Shown: positions 11,801 through 21,200 of the stretch, piece by piece
Layout: the number at the start of each line of letters is the position of its first letter
How positions within the stretch are numbered: position 1 is the first letter of the stretch
DNA from: Azolla caroliniana
Taxonomy: Eukaryota > Plantae > Polypodiophyta
Direction: 5' to 3'
Assembly: GCA_043228905.1 (NCBI GenBank)
Contig: JBHGNT010000302.1
Coordinates: 1 to 37,330, forward strand
Length of the DNA: 37,330 nucleotides
Translations under genes and position numbers: made by a program
The notes under the pieces: generated by a model
Database searches by the model: none
The model's input: the letters and a program-made list of their open reading frames with translations, nothing else
Told to the model about the DNA's origin: nothing

Positions 11801-12886
11801 CCACACGTCTCCTATGCCGGCAATCCGGCACGTACCTTCATTTCCCATCCGGACACAGCCGTGCTCACCGGCTATGTAGGATGAGAAGTATTTCTTCTCC
11901 GGGGTCAGGTGGAACGACGCTCCGGAATCGACCACCCAGGTCATCTCTTCACCGGCAAGGTTCAGCTCCCTCTCTTCGGTAATGAGCATGATCTCTTCTT
12001 CACTTGCCGCGAGTGCCGTCGTTCCTTTCCGGTCCTGCCCTCGCCGATCCGGACCTCTCCGGTCCGTGGCTCCCCGGTATGCACCGTTTCTCTCCGGTGA
12101 CTTCTTCGAATCGGTGTCGTCGGCTCCGTTATCCTTTCGGTAATGCCGACAATTCTTCCGGAAGTGCCCCGGCTTCCCACAGTGGAAGCATGTGGGTCTT
12201 CCTCTTGACTGCGACCGGGTCCCCGACTTCTCCCGTCTTTGTGGACTCCGGTTCCATTGTCTTCCCCGATCCGATTCGGTAAGCAGCGCCTTCGAGTCGG
12301 AGGCCGGTTCTTTATCTCTCCGACGCGCTTCTTCATTTAGAATACTTGTCTTTACCGTTTGTAGAGACAAGTTATCTTCGGTGCAGGAGGTGCTGAGAGT
12401 CACCACCAAGTTCTCCCAGCTTTCCGGCAATGTACACATCAATATGATGGCTTGCATTGCATCTTCCAACGGGAACTTGATCGCCGCAAGCTGGTTCACG
12501 AATCCCATGAACGTGCTTACGTGTTCCACCATACTCTCGCCGTCCCGGTACTTGAGGTTCACTATCTTCCTCATCAGGGAGGTCCGGTTCAGAGCATTCT
12601 TCCTCTCATACAGTCCGGACAGCTTCCGCCACATCTCATAGGCGTTCGTATCGTTCGCCACATGTTGCAGGACAGTTACATCGACATACTGCCGGATCGT
12701 CGCTACGGCTTTCCGGTTCAGAAGCTTCCACTCTGACCCTATTACCCCCTTGGGTATCTCGGCATTGTCGATCGGTTCGTACAGGTCTCGGACGATGAGG
12801 AGGTCTTCCATCTTTATCTTCCAGTCGGCGTAGTTCTGTGAGTTCAACACCATCATGCCCGGAGGCCCACTACCGCCGCCTTCCAT
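8813..12886 (-). CDS. Copia Gag-Pol polyprotein (1357 aa from the first ATG): Gag, zinc knuckle, aspartic protease, integrase, reverse transcriptase, RNase H
   Basis: Uninterrupted ORF. Gag N-terminal LNSQNYADWKIKMEDLL; CCHC knuckle CFHCGKPGHFRKNC (~12149-12190); protease WVVDSGAS (~11915-11938); integrase LWHKRLCH...CTDC, VHTDVC, DNGGEY, NGLAERMNRT; RT KARIV, DVKTAFLHG, LYGLKQAPRQW, YVDD (~9779-9790); RNase H DSD, TEAEY, DSQSAI, DMLTK. The track start at 12904 is a GTG overlapping the PBS, so the ATG at 12886 is preferred. Confidence 0.96.
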   Translation of the reverse strand: MEGGGSGPPGMMVLNSQNYADWKIKMEDLLIVRDLYEPIDNAEIPKGVIGSEWKLLNRKAVATIRQYVDVTVLQHVANDTNAYEMWRKLSGLYERKNALNRTSLMRKIVNLKYRDGESMVEHVSTFMGFVNQLAAIKFPLEDAMQAIILMCTLPESWENLVVTLSTSCTEDNLSLQTVKTSILNEEARRRDKEPASDSKALLTESDRGRQWNRSPQRREKSGTRSQSRGRPTCFHCGKPGHFRKNCRHYRKDNGADDTDSKKSPERNGAYRGATDRRGPDRRGQDRKGTTALAASEEEIMLITEERELNLAGEEMTWVVDSGASFHLTPEKKYFSSYIAGEHGCVRMGNEGTCRIAGIGDVWLTTSTGCKMLLKDVRHVPEVRLNLISAGRLDDEGYTGSIRNGVMKFSKGSLIVARARKVNTLYLMNSRLCPEELNVAADTAGELWHKRLCHMSEKGMKRLAEDNLIPVKHVHLEKCTDCLAGKQNQTSFHSRPPTRRSAPLELVHTDVCQVETKSHGGAQYFVTFIDDHSRKLWTAPLKTKDQVLSVFKELHARVERESGKKLKAIRADNGGEYRGQFEEYCRSMGIRLEFTVPKTPELNGLAERMNRTIMERVRSMLAHAKLPKGFWAEAMSTATYVINRSPSVPLDGDTPQRVWTGREVSYRHLKVFGCLAYGHVAKDRRGKLDPKTRPCIFLGYGDDEFGYRVWDPVDKKIFRSRDIIFMEDKTLADWESEKKTKSSKSTGEDQLYEEQSRPARDRLALEDPAEDGEETEPAEEDETDTGTGPNPEMDSDEEETEEPVTEAPERRYPLRERRAPRRFPEPEHVLLTDEGEPESFEEAKHDTQSRRWLSAMQDEMDSLHENHTYELVELPKRKRALRNKWVFKLKPGDAGNPPRYKARIVVKGFQQKKGVDFDEIFAPVVKMTSIRTVLSIAASMDLEVEQMDVKTAFLHGDLEEEIYMQQPEGFEKKRKEHLVCRLKKSLYGLKQAPRQWYRKFDSFMTDEGYHKTQSDHCVFVKEFEGGDSLILLLYVDDMLIVGRDQVKIRMLKKALHRTFSMKDLGPARQILGMHIIRDRKKKQLWLSQEKYVTKVLQRFNMSEARPVGSTLPTNCKLSGKQSPKTKAEKEDMMKVPYASAVGSLMYAMVCTRPDIGYAVGVVSRYMSNPGKEHWNAVKWTLRYLKGTANVCLRFGSGKPELDGFTDSDMSADADTSRSTSGYVMTYAGGAVSWQSRLQKTVALSTTEAEYMAAVEAGKEIIWMKDFIRELGIRQEEYRLYFDSQSAIHLAKNAAYHSRTKHIQRRYHWIRERIEDQEFVLTKIHTDENGSDMLTKVLTPDKLEACRKRIGLERHPMPK

Positions 12887-12903
12887 TTTCTGCACTGCCG
12901 TCA

Positions 12904-12914
12904 CTCTGATACCA
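12904..12914 (-). other. Primer-binding site complementary to the 3' end of initiator tRNA-Met
   Basis: Minus strand reads ...CAACA AG TGGTATCAGAG, the canonical plant tRNA-iMet PBS, 2 nt from the 5' LTR. Confidence 0.93.
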
Positions 12915-13187
12915 CTTGTTGAGAATCAACGCTCCGATTCTCCTTCACCGCTCGGCCACAACCGAGAAATCGCGAATCAATGCAGCAGAAAATAGGAAAC
13001 ACAGAGAAAAACACGATAACACAGGGATTAACGTGGAAAACCCTATACGGGAAAAACCACGGGAGTCCTCAAACTCCAACTATCACTATGAACAGAGATG
13101 TACAATGGTGAAGCTTCAAGGCAACAACCTTGAGCTCACTGTCTTCGCCACAGGCGGCGGTAATACACAGAGGCAACGACCTCTTCG

Positions 13188-13215
13188 TCTCTCTCTCTTT
13201 CTCTCTCTCTCTCTC
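13188..13215 (-). repeat. (GA)n microsatellite in the LTR downstream of the TATA box (also at 8343-8370)
   Basis: TCTCTCTCTCTTTCTCTCTCTCTCTCTC, 28 bp, same length in both LTRs. Confidence 0.85.
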
Positions 13216-13290
13216 GGCTGCTCTCTTCACTCACTCTAAGTGGAAAAACAGAAAAATGAGTAGCAACCTAAAACTGTTTGCCCTAAGTCA

Positions 13291-13298
13291 TATTTATA
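13291..13298 (-). promoter_or_regulatory. Putative TATA box of the 5' LTR promoter (equivalent at 8446-8453 in the 3' LTR)
   Basis: TATAAATA on the element sense strand, mid-LTR and downstream of the U3 repeat array. Confidence 0.7.
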
Positions 13299-13401
13299 CA
13301 CATATGACTTTCGGGCTATTTACAAATATAGCCTCAAGGGCTCTTGGCAAACATATTCACAAATATGTCCCCGCATCCGGATCTCTCTCCGGGTACACTC
13401 A

Positions 13402-13567
13402 TCATCCGGCTCCGTAGCCGGGGTCTTCATCATCCGGCTCCGTAGCCGGGTCTTCGTCATCCGGCTCCGTAACCGGGTCTTCGTCATCCGGCTCCGTAGC
13501 CGGGTCTTCGTCATCCGGCTCCGTAACCGGGTACTATTCATCATCCGGTTCCGTAATCGCAACCAGG
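13402..13567 (-). repeat. 27-bp tandem repeat array in U3 of the 5' LTR (5 units plus 1 degenerate)
   Basis: Same unit, with one G-type unit fewer than in the 3' LTR. Confidence 0.92.
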
Positions 13568-13620
13568 CTTGCCGTCATTCATCTCCGGACATCCCATCCG
13601 GAGGGACCGAAATCCCAACA

Positions 13621-13625
13621 AATTT
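13621..13625 (+). repeat. Target-site duplication AATTT, right copy
   Basis: AATTT directly follows CCCAACA at 13620. Confidence 0.95.
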
Positions 13626-15248
13626 GAGGAGGGAGTTGAGAAGGGCCCGTGAGTAAATTAAAATGTTCATACCTGGCTCGTGTGATATCGGATTTTTGTG
13701 TTCAAACATGCGAATCGAAGCTAAGAACGTTAGCTACGACATGGAATTAAAAAATCAAGATTTTGAAACTGAGGTCGAGAGATATAAAGAAATTAGCAAC
13801 CTTGACGAGGGAGTTCAAAGGAGCCCTTCAGTAAATTAAAATGTTCATACCTGGCGAGTGTGATATCGGATTTCTGTGTTCAAACTTGCGAATCGAAGCT
13901 AACAACGCTAGCTATGATACGGAATTAAAAAATCAAGATTTTGAAACTCAGGTCGAGAGACATGACGAAATTTGCAAACTTGAGGAGGGAGTTGAGAGGA
14001 TCCCTTGAGTAAATTAAAATGATCATACCTGGCTCGTGTGATATAGGATTTTTGTGTTCAAACATACGAATCGAAGCTAAGAACGTTAGCTATGATAGGG
14101 AATTAAAAAATCAAGATTTTGAAATTCAGGTTGAGAGATATGAAGAAATTAGCAAACTTTAGGAGGGAGTTGAGAAGGGCCCGTGAGTATATTAAAATGT
14201 TCATACCTGGCTCGTGTGATATCGGATTTTTGTGTTCAAACATACCAATCGAAGCTAAGAACGCTAGCTATGACATGGAATTCAGAAATCAAGATTTTGA
14301 AACTCAGGTCGGGAGACATTAAGAAATTAGCAAATTTGAGGAGGGAATTGAGAAGGGCCCGTGAGTAAATTAAAATGTTCATACCTGGCTCGTTTTATAT
14401 CCGATTTTTGTGTTCAAACATACGAATCGAAGCTAAGAACTCTAGCTATGACATGGAATTCAAAAATCAAGATTTCAAATCTCAGGTCGAGAGACATGAA
14501 GAAATTAGCAAACTTTAGGAGGTTAGCAAATTTGAGGAGGGAGTTGAGAAGGGCCCGTAGGTAAATTAAAATGTTCATACCTGGCATCTGTGATATCGGA
14601 TTTTTGTGTTCAAACATACGAATCGAAGCTAAGAACGCTAGCTATGAAATGGAATTCAAAAATCAAGATTTCGAAACTCAGGTCGAGAGACATGAAGAAA
14701 TTAGCAAATTTGAGGAGGGAGTTTAGAAGGGCCCGTGAGTAATTTAAAATGTTCATACCTGGCTCGTTTGATATCCGATTTTTGTGTTCAAACATAGGAA
14801 TCGAAGCTAAGAATGCTAGCTATGACATGGAATTCAAAAATCAAGATTTTGAAACTCAGGTCAAGAGACATGAAGAAATTACCAAATTGGAGGAGGGAGT
14901 TGAGAGGAGCCCTTGAGTAAATTAAAATGTTCATACCTGGCATGTGTGATATCGGATTTTTGTGTTCAAACATACCAAACAAAGCTAACAACGCTAGCTA
15001 TGATATGGAATTGAAGAATCAAGATTTTGAAACTCAGGTCGAGAGACATGACGAAATTAGCAACCTTGATGAGGGAGTTGAGAGGAGCCCTTAAGTAAAT
15101 TAAAATGTTCATACCTGGCGAGTGTGATATCGGATTTTTGTGTTCAGACATGCGAATCGAAGCTAACAACGATAGCTATGATATGGAATTAAAAAATCAA
15201 GATTTTGAAACGGAGGTCGAGAGATATGACGAAATTAGCAACCTTGAC

Positions 15249-18200
15249 GAGGGAGCTAAAAGGAGCCCTTGAGTAAATTAAAATGTTCATACCTGGCGAG
15301 TGTGATATCGGATTTTTGTATTCAAACTTGCGAATCGAAGCTAACAACGCTAGCTATGATATGGAATTAAAAAATCAAGATTTTGAAACTCAGGTCGAGA
15401 GACATGACGAAATTTGCAAACTTGAGGAGGGAGTTGAGAGGAGCCCTTGAGTAAATTAAAATGATTATACCTGGCTCGTGTGATATCGGATTTTTGTGTT
15501 CAAACATACGAATCGAAGCTAAGAACGCTAGCTATGATACGGAATTAAAAAATCAAGATTTTGAAACTCAGGTCGAGAGATATGAAGAAATTAGCAAACT
15601 TTAGGAGGTTAGCAAATTTGAGGAGGGAGTGGAGAAGGGCCCGTGAGTATATTAAAATGTTCATACCTGGCTCGTGTGATATCGGATTTTTGTGTTCAAA
15701 CATACCAATCGAAGCTAAGAACGCTAGCTATGACATGGAATTAAAGAATCAAGATTTCGAAACTCAGGTCGAGAGACATGAAGAAATTAGCAAATTTGAG
15801 GAGGGAGTTGAGAAGGGCCCGTGAGTAAATTAAAATGTTCATACCTGGCTCGTGTGATATCGAATTTTTGTGTTCAAACATACGAATGGAAGCTAAGAAC
15901 GCTAGCTATGACATGGAATTAAAAAATCAAGATTTGAAACTCAGGTCTAGAGATATGAAGAAATTAGCAAATTTGAGGAGGGAGTTGAGAAGGGCCCATG
16001 AGTAAATTAAAATATTCATACCTGGCTCGTGTGATATCGGATTTTTGTGTTCAAACATACGAATCGAAGCTAAGAACACTAGCTATGACATGGAATTCAG
16101 AAATCAAGATTTTGAAACTCAGGTCGGGAGAAATGAAGAAATTAGCAAATTTGAGGAGGGAGTTGAGAAGGGCCCGTGAGTAAATTAAAATGTTCATACC
16201 TGGCTCGTGTGATATCGGATTTTTGTGTTCAAACATACCAATCGAAGCTAAGAACGCTAGCTATGACATGGAATTAAAGAATCAAGATTTCGAAACTCAG
16301 GTCGAGAGACATGAAGAAATTAGCAAATTTGAGGAGGGAGTTGAGAAGGGCCCGTGAGTAAATTAAAATGTTCATACCTGGCTCGTGTGATATCGAATTT
16401 TTGTGTTCAAACATACGAATGGAAGCTAAGAATGCTAGCTATGACATGGAATTAAAGAATCAAGATTTCGAAACTCAGGTCGAGACACATGAAGAAATTA
16501 GCAAATTTGAGGAGGGAGTTGAGAAGGGCCCGTGTGATATCGGATTTATGTGTTCAAACATTGGAATCGAAGCTAGGAACGCTAGCTATGACATGGAATT
16601 AAAAAACCAACATTTTGATACTCAGGTCGAGAGACATGAAGAAACTAGCAAATTTGAGGAGGGAGTTGAGAAGGGCGCGTAAGTAAATTAAAATGTTCAT
16701 ACCTGGCATGTCTGATATCGGATTTTTGTGTTCAAACATTGGAATCGAAGCTAGGAACGCTAGCTATGACATGGAATTAAAAAAGCAACATTTTGATACT
16801 CAGGTCGAGAGACATGAAGAAACTAGCAAATTTGAGGAGGGAGTTGAGAAGGGCGCGTAAGTAAATTAAAATGTTCAGACCTGGCATGTGTGATATCGGA
16901 TTTTTGTGTTCAAACATACGAATCGAAGCTAAGAACACTAGCTATGAAATCGAATTAAAGAATCAAGATTTTGAAACAAAGGTCGAGAGACAAGGAGAAA
17001 TTAGCAAATTTGAGGAAGGAGTTGAGAAGGGCCCGTGAGTAAATTAAAATGTTCATACCTGGTTCGTGTGATATCGGATTTTTGTGTTCAAACATACCAA
17101 TCGAAGCTAAGAACGCTAGCTATGAAATGGAATTCAAGAATCAAGATTTCGAAACTCAGGTCGAGAGACATGAAGAAATTAGCAAATTTGAGGAGGGAGT
17201 TGAGAAGGGCCCGTGAGTAAATTAAAATGTTCATACCTGGCTCGTGTGATATCGAATTTTTGTGTTCAAACATACGAATGGAAGCTAAGAACGCTAGCTA
17301 TGACATGGAATTAAAAAATCAAGATTTGAAACTCAGGTCTAGAGATATGAAGAAATTAGCAAATTTGAGGAGGGAGTTGAGAAGGGCCCATGAGTAAATT
17401 AAAATATTCATACCTGGCTCGTGTGATATCGGATTTTTGTGTTCAAACATACGAATCGAAGCTAAGAACACTAGCTATGACATGGAATTCAGAAATCAAG
17501 ATTTTGAAATTCAGGTCGGGAGAAATGAAGAAATTAGCAAATTTGAGGAGGGAGTTGAGAAGGGCCCGTGAGTAAATTAAAATGTTCATACCTGGCTCGT
17601 GTGATATCGGATTTTTGTGTTCAAACATACCAATCGAAGCTAAGAACGCTAGCTATGACATGGAATTAAAGAATCAAGATTTCGAAACTCAGGTCGAGAG
17701 ACATGAAGAAATTAGCAAATTTGAGGAGGGAGTTGAGAAGGGCCCGTGAGTAAATTAAAATGTTCATACCTGGCTCGTGTGATATCGAATTTTTGTGTTC
17801 AAACATACGAATGGAAGCTAAGAATGCTAGCTATGACATGGAATTAAAGAATCAAGATTTCGAAACTCAGGTCGAGACACATGAAGAAATTAGCAAATTT
17901 GAGGAGGGAGTTGAGAAGGGCCCGTGTGATATCGGATTTATGTGTTCAAACATTGGAATCGAAGCTAGGAACGCTAGCTATGACATGGAATTAAAAAACC
18001 AACATTTTGATACTCAGGTCGAGAGACATGAAGAAACTAGCAAATTTGAGGAGGGAGTTGAGAAGGGCGCGTAAGTAAATTAAAATGTTCATACCTGGCA
18101 TGTCTGATATCGGATTTTTGTGTTCAAACATTGGAATCGAAGCTAGGAACGCTAGCTATGACATGGAATTAAAAAAGCAACATTTTGATACTCAGGTCGA

Positions 18201-21200
18201 GAGACATGAAGAAACTAGCAAATTTGAGGAGGGAGTTGAGAAGGGCGCGTAAGTAAATTAAAATGTTCAGACCTGGCATGTGTGATATCGGATTTTTGTG
18301 TTCAAACATACGAATCGAAGCTAAGAACACTAGCTATGAAATGGAATTAAAGAATCAAGATTTTGAAACAAAGGTCGAGAGACATGGAGAAATTAGCAAA
18401 TTTGAGGAAGGAGTTGAGAAGGGCCCGTGAGTAAATTAAAATGTTCATACCTGGTTCGTGTGATATCGGATTTTTGTGTTCAAACATACGAATCGAAGCT
18501 AAGAACGCTAGCTATGAAATGGAATTCAAAAATCAAAATTTCGAAACTCAGGTCGAGAGACATGAAGAAATTAGCAAATTTGAGGAAGGAGTTGAGAAGG
18601 GCCCGTGAGTAAATTAAAATGTTCATACCTGGTTCGTGTGATATCGGATTTTTGTGTTCAAACATACGAATCGAAACTAAGAACGCTAGCTATGAAATGG
18701 AATTCAAAAATCAAGATTTCGAAACTCAGGTCGAGAGACATGAAGAAATTAGCAAATTTGAGGAGGGAGTTGAGAAAGGCCCGTGAGTAAATTAAAATGT
18801 TCATACCTGGCTCTTGTGATATCGGATTTTTGTGTTCAAACATACGAATCGAAGCTAAGAACGCTAGCTATGAGATGGAATTAAAGAATCAAAATTTCGA
18901 AACTCAGGTTGACAGACATGAAGAAATTAGCAAATTTGAGGAGGGTGTTGAGAAGGGCCCGTGAGTAAATTAAAATGTTCATACCTCGCATGTGTGATAT
19001 CGGATTTTGGTGTTCAAAAATAGGAATCGAAGCTAAGAACGCTAGCTATGACATGGAATTAGAAAATAGAGATTTTGAAACTCAAGTCAAGAGACATGAA
19101 GAAATTAGCAAATTTGAGGAGGGAGTTGAGAAGAGTCCGTGAGTAAATTAAAATGTTCATACCTGGCTCGTGTGATATCGGATTTATGTGTTCAAACATT
19201 GGAATCGAAGCTAGGAATGCTAGCTATGACATGGAATTAAAAAATCAGCATTTTGATACTCAGGTCGAGAGACATGAAGAAATTAGCAAATTTGAGGAGG
19301 GAGTTGAGAAGGGCCCGTGAGTAAATTAAAATGTTCATACCTGGCATGTGTGATATCGGATTTTTGTGTTCAAACATACGAATCGAAGCTAAGAACACTA
19401 GCTATGACATGGAATTAAAGAATCAGCATTTTGATACTCAGGTCGAGAGACATGAAGAAATTAGCAAATTTGAGGAGGGAGTTGAGAAGGGCCCGTGAGT
19501 AAATTGAAATGTTCATACCTGGCTCGTGTGATATCGGATTTTTGTGTTCAAACATACGAATCGAAGCTAACAACGCTAGCTATGACATGGAATTCAAAAA
19601 TCAAGATTTTGAAACTCATGTCGAGAGACATGAAGAACTTAGCAAATTTGAGGAAGGCGTTGATAAGGGCCCGTGAGGAAATTAAAATGTTTATTCCTGG
19701 CATGTGTGATATCAGATTTTTGTGTTCAAACATACGAATCGAAGCTAAGAACACTAGATATGACATGGAATTAAAGAATCAGCATTTTGATACTCAGGTC
19801 GAGAGAAATGAAAAAATTAGCAAATTTGAGGAGGGAGTTGAGAAGGGCCCGTGAGTAAATTAAAATGTTCATACCTGGCATGTGTGATATCGGATTTTTG
19901 TGTTCAAACATACGAATCGAAGCTAAGAACGCTAGCTATGACATGGAATTAAAGAATCAAGATTTTGAAACTTAGGTCAAGAGACATGAAGAAATTAGCA
20001 AATTTGAGGAGGGAGTTGAGAAGGGCCCGTGAGTATATTAAAATGTTCATACCTGGCTCGTGTGATATCGGATTTTTGTGTTCAAACATACCAATCGAAG
20101 CTAAGAACGCTAGCTATGACATGGAATTCAAAAATCAAGATTTTGAAACTCAGGTCGAGAGACATGAAGAAATTAGCAAATTTGAGGAGGGAGTTGAGAA
20201 GGGCGTGTGAGTAAATTAAAATGTTCATACCTGGCTCGTGTGATATCGGATTTTTGTGTTCAAACATACCAATCGAAGCTAAGAACGCTAGCTATGACAT
20301 GGAATTAAAGAATCAAGATTTCGAAACTCAAGTCGAGAGACATGAAGAAATTAGCAAATTTGAGGAGGGAGTTGAGAAGGGCCCGTGAGTAAATTAAAAT
20401 GTTCATACCTGGCATGTGTGATATCGTATTTTTGTGTTCAAACATACGAATCGAAGCTAAGAACGCTAGCTATGACATGGAATTAAAGAATCAAGATTTT
20501 TAAACTTAGGTCGAGAGACATGAAGAAATTAGCAAATTTGAGGAGGGAGTTGAGAAGGGCCCGTGAGTATATTAAAATGTTCATACCTGGCTCGTGTGAT
20601 ATCGGATTTTTGTGTTCAAACATACCAATCGAAGCTAAGACTGCTAGCTATGACATGGAATTCAAAAATCAAGATTTTGAAAATCAGGTCGAGAGACATG
20701 AAGAAATTAGCAAATTTGAGGAGGGAGTTTAGAAGGGCCGGTGAGTAAATTAAAATGTTCATACCTCGCATGTGTGATATCGGATTTTGGTGTTCAAACA
20801 TAGGAATCGAAGCTAAGAACGTTAGCTACGACATGGAATTAGAAATTAGAGATTTTGAAAGTCAAGTCAAGAGACATGAAGAAATTAACAAATTTGAGGA
20901 GGGAGTTGAGAAGAGTCCGTGAGTAAATTAAAATGTTCATACCTGGCTCGTGGGATATCAGATTTATGTGTTCAAACATTGGAATCCAAGCTAGGAACGC
21001 TAGCTATGACATTGGAATCCAAGCTAGGAACGCTAGGAACGCTAGCATTTTGATACTCAGGTCGAGAGACATGAAGAAATTAGCAAATTTGAGGAGGGAG
21101 TTGAGAAGGGCCCGTGAGTAAATTAAAATGTTCATACCTGGCATGTGTGATATCGGATTTTTGTGTTCAAACATACGAATCGAAGCTAAGAACACTAGCT

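Larger units (their letters stand above)
8072..13620 (-). mobile_element. Full-length Ty1/Copia LTR retrotransposon (5549 bp), Tto1/Tnt1-like (probably Tork lineage)
   Basis: Two near-identical LTRs, each TGTTG...CAACA; flanking AATTT direct repeats at 8067-8071 and 13621-13625; PBS and PPT in minus orientation; single ORF with Copia domain order (integrase before RT). The lineage call is from recalled sequence resemblance, not a search. Confidence 0.97.
12917..13620 (-). repeat. 5' LTR (704 bp)
   Basis: TGTTGAGAATC...AATCCCAACA; adjacent to the PBS; 27 bp shorter than the 3' LTR. Confidence 0.96.

Noticed and set aside
8918-12736. Plus-strand and alternate-frame ORFs up to 188 aa overlapping gag-pol
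   Set aside because: Expected shadow ORFs of a GC-rich coding region; fragmented and lacking motifs.
12887-12904. Polyprotein start at 12904 (MTAVQK extension)
   Set aside because: The codon is GTG overlapping the PBS; the ATG at 12886 is the plausible eukaryotic start.
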